Shown: positions 56,692 through 64,000 of the stretch, piece by piece | How positions within the stretch are numbered: position 1 is the stretch's first letter | Layout of the letters: each line of letters starts with the position of its first letter | Source: Schaedlerella sp. | GTDB taxonomy: Bacteria; Bacillota; Clostridia; Lachnospirales; Lachnospiraceae | DNA length: 64,000 nucleotides | Direction of reading: 5' to 3' | NCBI GenBank assembly: GCA_020024595.1 | Contig: JAHHTO010000001.1 | Location: 8,348 to 72,347 of the forward strand | Notes under the pieces: generated by a model | The model's input: only the letters and a program-made list of their open reading frames with translations | The model's database searches: none | Told to the model about the DNA's origin: nothing | Translations under genes and position numbers: made by a program

Positions 56692-57678
56692 TTAGACATA
56701 TCCGAACATTCCCCGCACTGATACTTCTCCTGCATAAACTGCTTCCACACTTCCATCTTCTAAACGCACCAGCAGTTCCCCTGTATTATTAATCCCCAGT
56801 GCATATGCCGAATACGGTTCTGCAGCTCCATGAATCACGACTTCCTTTTTACAATTTACCAACAATTGATTATATTTTTCTCGAAGCCATGACAAATCTT
56901 TCTTCTTAAGGAACATTTCGTAATCCTGTTCAAACTGATTCATCACCTCTGCCACAATTACACTGCGTTGGATCTTGTATCCACACTCATTTCGAAGTGA
57001 GGTAGCCCTGTCCGCTATCTCCTCTGGAAATATCTCCGTATTCACATTGATTCCAACTCCAACAACAACATGATTGATATAATCAATCTCTGTACTCATT
57101 TCTGTCAAAATCCCAACTAACTTCTTTCCATTTATCACAATATCATTCGGCCACTTGATCTGTACATCAAGCCCAGTACATCCTTTTAGTGCTTTTGCTA
57201 CACTATATGCCATCACAAGTGTCAGCATAGAAGCTTTGTCCGGTGTAAACTCCGGCCGCAGCAAAATAGACATATACACACTGCATCCTTCTGGAGATTC
57301 CCAATTCCGCCCACGACGCCCACGTCCGGCACTTTGCCTGTCCGCAAGGACCAGTGTGCCGTGAGGTGCGCCTGTCTCTCCAAGCTGTTTTGCCCGGATA
57401 TTCGTAGAATCCGTCTCCGCATATACATACAGACATTGTCCTGCCCACTTCGTATTACCGGATATCCGGCTTTCTAGTTCTTCTCTGGTCATGATATCCG
57501 GGACCTCTGTAATGCGGTAACCTTTATTGCGCACTGCTTCAATCTGATAGCCTTCCTCTTTTAATTGCTGCATTACTTTCCATATTGCAGTTCGAGACAC
57601 ACCGAAATGCTCACATAACTGCTGTCCAGAAACATAACTTTCACTTTCCCGCAGCAATTTTAAAATATCTGTTTTCAA
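56692..57678 (-). CDS. birA: Bifunctional biotin ligase/repressor
   Basis: N-terminal HTH (VSRTAIWK), DSTN, GRGRRGR, KWPND, KLVGIL. Confidence 0.96.
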   Translation of the reverse strand: MKTDILKLLRESESYVSGQQLCEHFGVSRTAIWKVMQQLKEEGYQIEAVRNKGYRITEVPDIMTREELESRISGNTKWAGQCLYVYAETDSTNIRAKQLGETGAPHGTLVLADRQSAGRGRRGRNWESPEGCSVYMSILLRPEFTPDKASMLTLVMAYSVAKALKGCTGLDVQIKWPNDIVINGKKLVGILTEMSTEIDYINHVVVGVGINVNTEIFPEEIADRATSLRNECGYKIQRSVIVAEVMNQFEQDYEMFLKKKDLSWLREKYNQLLVNCKKEVVIHGAAEPYSAYALGINNTGELLVRLEDGSVEAVYAGEVSVRGMFGYV

Positions 57679-57732
57679 GAAACCCCACTCCGATATCTTC
57701 TTTTTACTTAATCAAAAAAATTCTGCATCTTT

Positions 57733-58728
57733 CTAAAATGCTCCAAGTGTCGCCACCATCACAGCTTTGATCGTATGCATTCGATTCTCCGCCTCATCAA
57801 ATACCTTTGACTGCGCAGATTCAAATACTTCATCTGTCACTTCCATGTCCTCAATGCCAAACCTCTCACCCATTTCTTTTCCAATGGTTGTCTTCAAATC
57901 GTGGAACGCCGGCAAACAGTGCAGGAAAATCGCATTCTCTCCTGCGTTTTCCATCACTTTCCTTGTCACTTTGTACGGACTCAATTCCTTGATCCGCTTC
58001 TCCCAAACCTCGTCTGGTTCCCCCATGGATACCCACACGTCAGTATAAATTACATCTGCATCTTTTGTACCTACTTCTACATCCTCCGTTAATGTAATTG
58101 TTGCCCCTGACTCTTCTCCATATGCTTTACAGATCTCAACCAGTTCCGCATTCGGAAAATATTCTTTTGTCGTACAAGCAACAAAATCGATTCCCAATTT
58201 AGAACATACAACCATCAGAGAATTTCCCATATTATATCTTGCATCTCCCATATAAACAAGCTTCAGACCCTTCAAGGTTCCAAAATTCTCACGGATTGTC
58301 AGCATATCTGCCAGCATCTGCGTCGGATGATATTCGTTAGTCAGTCCATTCCAAACCGGAACACCGGCATATTTTGCCAGATTCTCAACAATTTCCTGCT
58401 CATACCCACGATACTCGATTCCATCATACATTCTTCCAAGCACACGTGCTGTATCTTCAATACTTTCCTTTTTTCCAATTTGAGAACCTGTAGGCCCAAG
58501 ATAAGTGGATCCCATTCCCATATCATGAGCTGCAACCTCAAATGCGCATCTCGTTCTGGTACTGTCTTTTTCAAAAATCAGCGCAATATTTTTCCCTTTA
58601 TAATAATCCACCGGAACACCATTTTTTTTCTTTGCTTTCAAATCTGCAGCTAGATCAATAAGATACATAATCTCTTCCGGAGTAAAATCCTTGAGCGTCA
58701 AAAAGCTCCTTCCCTTTAAATCCATCAT
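57733..58728 (-). CDS. argF: Ornithine carbamoyltransferase
   Basis: STRTR, HPTQ, DVWVSMG, HCLP, AENR. Confidence 0.95.
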   Translation of the reverse strand: MMDLKGRSFLTLKDFTPEEIMYLIDLAADLKAKKKNGVPVDYYKGKNIALIFEKDSTRTRCAFEVAAHDMGMGSTYLGPTGSQIGKKESIEDTARVLGRMYDGIEYRGYEQEIVENLAKYAGVPVWNGLTNEYHPTQMLADMLTIRENFGTLKGLKLVYMGDARYNMGNSLMVVCSKLGIDFVACTTKEYFPNAELVEICKAYGEESGATITLTEDVEVGTKDADVIYTDVWVSMGEPDEVWEKRIKELSPYKVTRKVMENAGENAIFLHCLPAFHDLKTTIGKEMGERFGIEDMEVTDEVFESAQSKVFDEAENRMHTIKAVMVATLGAF

Positions 58729-58808
58729 CTTCTCTTGTCCTTTCGCGATAACAATCTTCATTTTATGTACTTTAGTATACTAAACTGTTTCTGAAAATGC
58801 AAGCAAAC

Positions 58809-59609
58809 TTATCTTCGTCTCTGCCTACTCACTTCAAACATTAATATTGACGCTGCTACAGCCGCATTTAGTGACTCTACCTGACCTGCCATTGGAATCC
58901 GAACCCATGCATCCGCACAGTCTGCAATTTCCTGCCGCAGCCCGTTTCCTTCATTCCCGATCAAGAAAGCAGTTCCTCCACAATAGTCTTCTTTGTCGTA
59001 GGTATTCTTTCCATCTAAATGTGCTGCATATACGCGGATCTTCCTGTCTTTTATCCTCTCGATCATCTCCGGCAGATCATCCACATACAAAAATGGCATC
59101 CGATAAACTGCACCCATTGTAGAACGGATCGTCTTTGGATTATAGATATCCACACACTCCCGGCTTAATAGGATTCCGGTAACACCTGCTGCCTCTGCAG
59201 TACGGAAAATGGTCCCTAGATTCCCCGGATCTTGCAGATTATCCAGTATCATAATATGCGGCATAACAGTCCCCCCTGCTCCAAGCAGTTCCTCTACATG
59301 ATACTCTGCCTGCCTCACGATCCCCAGCACTCCTTGTGGCGTCTTAGTATCTGACATATAAGCAAATACTGTATCCGACACCAGCTCCATCTTTACTCTG
59401 TTTCCTTTTACCTGCATCGCATCCAGTTCCTGACGATATTTTTGATAAAATTTCTCAGTTATATATAGTTTCTCCAGTCTATCTTTTGGAACCTCCTGGA
59501 TCATACGGATCCCCTCTACCAGAAACACCCCCGCCTGCAAACGAGCTTTGCTCTTTTTCCGAAGCTGTACCACTTCTTTGATATTCTGATTACTCGTACT
59601 TGTGATCAT
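58809..59609 (-). CDS. TrmH/SpoU-family RNA methyltransferase
   Basis: QDPGNLGTIFRTA, GNEGNG, IPM, ESLNAAVA. Confidence 0.93.
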   Translation of the reverse strand: MITSTSNQNIKEVVQLRKKSKARLQAGVFLVEGIRMIQEVPKDRLEKLYITEKFYQKYRQELDAMQVKGNRVKMELVSDTVFAYMSDTKTPQGVLGIVRQAEYHVEELLGAGGTVMPHIMILDNLQDPGNLGTIFRTAEAAGVTGILLSRECVDIYNPKTIRSTMGAVYRMPFLYVDDLPEMIERIKDRKIRVYAAHLDGKNTYDKEDYCGGTAFLIGNEGNGLRQEIADCADAWVRIPMAGQVESLNAAVAASILMFEVSRQRRR

Positions 59610-59640
59610 TTTCTTTTCCTCTTATTAGTTCCCATCCCCA

Positions 59641-60333
59641 TCAGACTTTAAACCGATATCCAACTCCCCAGATCGTCTCTATATACTGTGGATGTGAAGT
59701 ATCATATTCGATTTTCTCACGGATCTTTTTGATATGTACTGTTACAGTTGCAATATCTCCAATGGACTCCATATCCCATATCTCCCGGAACAGTTCCTCT
59801 TTTGTGTACACATGATTCGGATGTCCCGCCAGAAATGTAAGAAGATCAAACTCCTTTGTCGTAAAGGAACGTTCCTCACCGTTGACCCATACCCGTCTTG
59901 CTGTTGTGTCAATCTTCAGTCCCCGGATTTCGATCATCTCATTTTCTTCAACAACACTTCCTATCAGCCGTTCATATCTTGCCAGATGTGCTTTCACACG
60001 AGCGACCAGCTCACTCGGGCTAAATGGCTTCGTCATATAATCATCTGCGCCAAGTCCAAGTCCACGGATCTTGTCAATATCATCTTTCTTCGCAGATACC
60101 ATAATAATCGGTGTATTCTTCCTATCTCTCACCTGTCTGCAGATTTCAAATCCGTCCACGCCCGGAAGCATCAAATCCAAAATGATCAAATCAATTTCTC
60201 TGTTCATTGCCAGTTCCAGCCCTGTCTGTCCGTCATTGGCAACTTCCACTTCAAAATTACTCAGCTCTAGATAATCCTTCTCTAAGTCCGCAATACTCTC
60301 TTCATCTTCAATAATCAAAATCCGTTTACTCAT
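59641..60333 (-). CDS. OmpR-family response regulator
   Basis: LIIEDE, LDLMLP, GADDYMTKPF, TIWGVGYRF. Confidence 0.95.
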   Translation of the reverse strand: MSKRILIIEDEESIADLEKDYLELSNFEVEVANDGQTGLELAMNREIDLIILDLMLPGVDGFEICRQVRDRKNTPIIMVSAKKDDIDKIRGLGLGADDYMTKPFSPSELVARVKAHLARYERLIGSVVEENEMIEIRGLKIDTTARRVWVNGEERSFTTKEFDLLTFLAGHPNHVYTKEELFREIWDMESIGDIATVTVHIKKIREKIEYDTSHPQYIETIWGVGYRFKV

Positions 60334-61381
60334 TCATTGGCACCTCCTGATATTTTCTGACAACAAAATACATTGTTGTTCCTTTCTCTTCTTCACTGGT
60401 CGCCCAGATTTTCCCGCCATGTTCTTCCACGATCTTCTTCACGATCGAAAGCCCGATACCGCTTCCACCCTTGGAAGAATTACGTGATGCATCGGTACGG
60501 TAAAACCGGTCAAAAATATTCGGCAAATCTTTCGCAGCAATTCCCTTTCCATTGTCGCCTAATTCTACCTGTATAAAATCTCCCACATCCCGGACATTCA
60601 TCGCAATAATCCGTTGAGACTTATCTGTATATTTCATTGAATTTGAAACAATATTGTTGATCACTCTGCGGAGCTGCTCAGGATCCACGATCACATTGGA
60701 GTCTTCTTCAATATAATTATGATACTCAAACTTTACCCCCTTGGACTCCAGTTCCAGATACAAGTCCTCCGCACAGTCTGTAAAATACTTATTCGCTGAT
60801 ATAGTGGTGAAATTATACGGAATGCGATTGGTATCGATCTTAGAATAAAGTGTAAGTTCATTAATCAATAAATCCATCTCATTTGCTTTATTGTATATCG
60901 TTTTGATATATCTGTCCATCTTTTCTGGAGTATCGGCAACCCCGTCCATGATCCCTTCCACATACCCCTTAATCGCAGTGATCGGAGTTTTTAGATCATG
61001 TGAAATATTACTGATCAGTTCTTTGTTTTCTTTATCATACGCAATCTTCTCTTCTGCATTTGCTTTCAGGCGAAGCCGCATCTCCTCAAAGTCTTGACAC
61101 AGTTGTCCGATTTCGTCATTCGTCTCAGTGTGAATCTCAAAATCCAGATTTCCTTCTTTGATATTGCGCGCTGCCTTCTGCAATTTTGCCAATGGAATGG
61201 ACACTGTCTTGTAGATCCAGTAAATCAGAATCGCTGATGCAATAAATACAACGATCATGTACATCTGCTGAACTTCTCCCATTGCCTTTGGTTCCAGCAT
61301 CCGCATCCCTACTGTGGTCAGAATAGTTGTAAGAATCACCACCACCATAAACGATATGATCAGTTTTGTCCTCAGCTTCAT
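60326..61381 (-). CDS. HAMP-domain sensor histidine kinase with a very short extracellular loop
   Basis: Two close TM helices, HAMP, SHDLKTP, DNGKGI, GSGIGL. Confidence 0.94.
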   Translation of the reverse strand: MKLRTKLIISFMVVVILTTILTTVGMRMLEPKAMGEVQQMYMIVVFIASAILIYWIYKTVSIPLAKLQKAARNIKEGNLDFEIHTETNDEIGQLCQDFEEMRLRLKANAEEKIAYDKENKELISNISHDLKTPITAIKGYVEGIMDGVADTPEKMDRYIKTIYNKANEMDLLINELTLYSKIDTNRIPYNFTTISANKYFTDCAEDLYLELESKGVKFEYHNYIEEDSNVIVDPEQLRRVINNIVSNSMKYTDKSQRIIAMNVRDVGDFIQVELGDNGKGIAAKDLPNIFDRFYRTDASRNSSKGGSGIGLSIVKKIVEEHGGKIWATSEEEKGTTMYFVVRKYQEVPMNE

Positions 61382-61504
61382 CTACACGCCTCCGTCCTCT
61401 TTCAATCACTCTGTCATTCCCAGTCTTTCCCATTAACAGTACCATAAACAAAGCGGACACCGCAAGATGTCCGCCATTTGTTTTATGCTTTTTTAATATC
61501 CTTT

Positions 61505-62695
61505 TTACAGATATTTCCGCAGTTCTTCAACCTTATCCAACTTCTCCCACGGCAGGTTTACATCCGTTCTTCCAAAATGTCCGTATGCCGCTGTTTGTTT
61601 GTATATCGGACGGCGCAGATCAAGCATCTTGATAATTCCTGCCGGACGCAGATCAAAATTCTCACGAACAATCTCTACCAGCTTAGAATCAGAAACCACT
61701 CCAGTTCCATAGGTATTTACCCTGATCGACGTCGGCTGTGCAACACCAATTGCATAAGAAAGCTGGATCTCACATTTCTTTGCAAGTCCTGCCGCTACAA
61801 TATTCTTTGCTGCATAACGCGCTGCATATGCCGCAGAGCGGTCTACCTTCGTACAGTCTTTTCCAGAAAATGCACCGCCACCGTGACTTGCCATGCCACC
61901 ATATGTATCTACAATAATTTTACGACCTGTTAGCCCGCTGTCTCCATTAGGTCCTCCAATTACAAAACGTCCCGTCGGATTGATAAAGAATTTGGTATCC
62001 TCATCTACCATCTCTGCCGGGAGGATCGGCTTGAATACATATTCTTTGATATCTTTGTGAATCTGCTCTTGTGTCACATCCGGGTCATGCTGTGTAGAAA
62101 GAACCACTGTCTCCAGACGCTTCGGTACTCCATTTTCATCATACTCTACTGTTACCTGTGTTTTTCCATCCGGGCGAAGATAACTCAATGTCCCATCTTT
62201 TCTGACCTTTGTCAGCTGCAAAGCCAGCTTGTGTGCCATTGCGATCGGATACGGCATATATTCTTTTGTTTCATCAGAAGCATAACCAAACATCATTCCC
62301 TGATCTCCCGCACCAATTGCATCAATTTCGTCTTCACCAGACATCTGATTCTCTTTTGCTTCCAACGCCTTATCCACTCCAAGTGCAATATCCGCAGATT
62401 GTTCATCAATCGCAGTGATCACACCGCAGGTATCTGCATCAAATCCATATTTTCCTCTTGTATAACCAATTTCACGAATGGTTTCACGGACAATTTTCTG
62501 AATATCCACATATGCATTCGTTGTGATTTCTCCCATCACCATAACAAGACCTGTTGTTGTACATGTCTCGCAGGCAACACGGCTCATTGGATCTTGCGCT
62601 ACCAACGCATCCAGAATTGCATCTGAAATCTGATCGCACATTTTATCCGGATGTCCTTCGGTTACCGATTCTGAAGTAAATAAAAATTTTTCCAT
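61505..62695 (-). CDS. metK: S-adenosylmethionine synthetase
   Basis: [28 protein letters not shown]. Confidence 0.98.
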   Translation of the reverse strand: MEKFLFTSESVTEGHPDKMCDQISDAILDALVAQDPMSRVACETCTTTGLVMVMGEITTNAYVDIQKIVRETIREIGYTRGKYGFDADTCGVITAIDEQSADIALGVDKALEAKENQMSGEDEIDAIGAGDQGMMFGYASDETKEYMPYPIAMAHKLALQLTKVRKDGTLSYLRPDGKTQVTVEYDENGVPKRLETVVLSTQHDPDVTQEQIHKDIKEYVFKPILPAEMVDEDTKFFINPTGRFVIGGPNGDSGLTGRKIIVDTYGGMASHGGGAFSGKDCTKVDRSAAYAARYAAKNIVAAGLAKKCEIQLSYAIGVAQPTSIRVNTYGTGVVSDSKLVEIVRENFDLRPAGIIKMLDLRRPIYKQTAAYGHFGRTDVNLPWEKLDKVEELRKYL

Positions 62696-62803
62696 TGTTC
62701 TTCTCCTTTTCTTTATATATAAATTAAATTGTTTCCTTTTTCTTCGCTGCACCGCAAAACAGGACAGTCCACAAAAAGTGGACTGCCCTGTTCATTAACA
62801 ATC

Positions 62804-62900
62804 CTCTTATTGTTCGATTACTCGCTCAGGTTGGCACCTTCCTTTCAGGGGTTGCCGCAGCTTCTTTGGTCCTATCTACCTCCACTGCTCTGAATAAGAG
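62804..62900 (-). ncRNA. SAM-I (S-box) riboswitch upstream of metK
   Basis: P1 CTCTTATT/AATAAGAG, AGAGCAGTGGAGG, GAAGCTGCGGCAACC, GGTGCCAA; terminator hairpin at 62760-62790. Confidence 0.9.
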
Positions 62901-62901
62901 A

Positions 62902-64000
62902 TTAGCTTATTTTTAATTTAAATTTCTGAATATCCTTTTCACATGTCACACATTCGATTGCACCACCCAGACTTCTGAGTTTTTCATCGAACCGCTCATA
63001 CCCTCTCTGAATGTAAACAATATCATCAATAATTGTAATTCCATCTGTCGCAAGTCCTGCAATACAAAGTGCTGCTCCTGCTCGCAAGTCCGGGGCACTC
63101 ACTCTTGCTCCCATGAAACGTTCTACACCTTCAATCGTAGCAGAATTCCCCTCAATCTTGATATTTGCTCCCATTCGCGCCAGCTCGTCAAGATATTTGA
63201 AACGATTTTCAAATATACTTTCTGTGATTACACTTGTTCCCTGCGCCAACGCTAAAACAACACCAATCTGTGGCTGCATATCGGTAGGATATCCCGGATA
63301 CGGTAGCGTCTTTACCTGTGTACTTTTAAGACGTCCCTTTGCCACAACCCGTACTGCATCATCAAACTCTTCAATTTCACATCCTATATCAATTAATTTG
63401 GAAATCGTCGCATCCAAATGCTTCGGAATCACATTCAAGACCGTAACATCCCCTTTTGTCGCTGCAGCTGCGAACATAAATGTTCCTGCTTCAATTTGAT
63501 CGGGGATAATAGAATATTCTGTTTTATGAAGCGACTTCACCCCACGGATCTTGATCACATCCGTCCCGGCTCCTCTGATATTGGCGCCCATACTGTTCAG
63601 GAAGTTCGCCACATCTACAACATGTGGCTCTTTTGCCACATTTTCCATAATTGTAATTCCGTCTGCCGACGCAGCCGCCATCATCACGTTAATCGTTGCA
63701 CCAACTGTCACAACATCAAAATATAGATGTGTGCCTTTTAACTGCTCTGCATCTGCTACGATCTTACCATACTCAATATCTACATCTGCGCCGAGTGCAC
63801 GAAATCCTTTTAAATGCTGATCTATTGGACGGCTTCCAATATTACAGCCCCCGGGCAATGCCACTTCTGCTCTCTTATACTTTCCAAGAAGCGCCCCCAG
63901 AAGATAATAGGAAGCTCTAATCTTTTTTATATAATCATATTCAATGTTGAAGTCGCCTATCGTACTGCCGTTAATCTTCACAGTATGTCTGTCGATCCGC
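62902..64000 (-). CDS. murA: UDP-N-acetylglucosamine 1-carboxyvinyltransferase (5' part beyond the window)
   Basis: RASYY, LPGGCNIGSRPIDQH, PGYPTDMQ, DLRAGA; frame open to the window end. Confidence 0.96.
   Translation of the reverse strand, partial: RIDRHTVKINGSTIGDFNIEYDYIKKIRASYYLLGALLGKYKRAEVALPGGCNIGSRPIDQHLKGFRALGADVDIEYGKIVADAEQLKGTHLYFDVVTVGATINVMMAAASADGITIMENVAKEPHVVDVANFLNSMGANIRGAGTDVIKIRGVKSLHKTEYSIIPDQIEAGTFMFAAAATKGDVTVLNVIPKHLDATISKLIDIGCEIEEFDDAVRVVAKGRLKSTQVKTLPYPGYPTDMQPQIGVVLALAQGTSVITESIFENRFKYLDELARMGANIKIEGNSATIEGVERFMGARVSAPDLRAGAALCIAGLATDGITIIDDIVYIQRGYERFDEKLRSLGGAIECVTCEKDIQKFKLKIS

Overview
64 kb of chromosome from a low-GC, probably spore-forming Firmicute; gene order and proteins suggest Lachnospiraceae. 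Most of it is core housekeeping on the minus strand: murA, SAM riboswitch-metK, a two-component system, argF, birA, coaX, dusB, greA, lysS; rpmG-secE-nusG-rplKA, rplJL, rpoBC, hppA; glgCD-spoVG; T-box-proS; rpsL-rpsG-fusA-tuf. On the plus strand are murC-dnaD-dnaC-prs, a second glgCD pair and an FNT transporter. Two accessory regions stand out. (1) 1-~2425 is the end of a CTn1/CTn7-like integrative conjugative element, carrying a frameshifted thioester-domain surface adhesin. It appears to be inserted about 13 codons into an Amidase_3 (LDAGHGG) cell-wall amidase gene that has a sigmaK-like promoter and an RBS-sequestering hairpin, so it is a candidate sporulation-gene-interrupting element. (2) ~44.3-51.7 kb is an island in which an HxlR-type regulator gene lies antisense between an operator-bearing promoter and a LicB-like transporter plus an 867-aa GltD/ferredoxin/CCG fusion oxidoreductase, followed by decayed gene remnants. 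No rRNA, tRNA or CRISPR array was seen. All family assignments come from motif recognition by eye, not from database searches.
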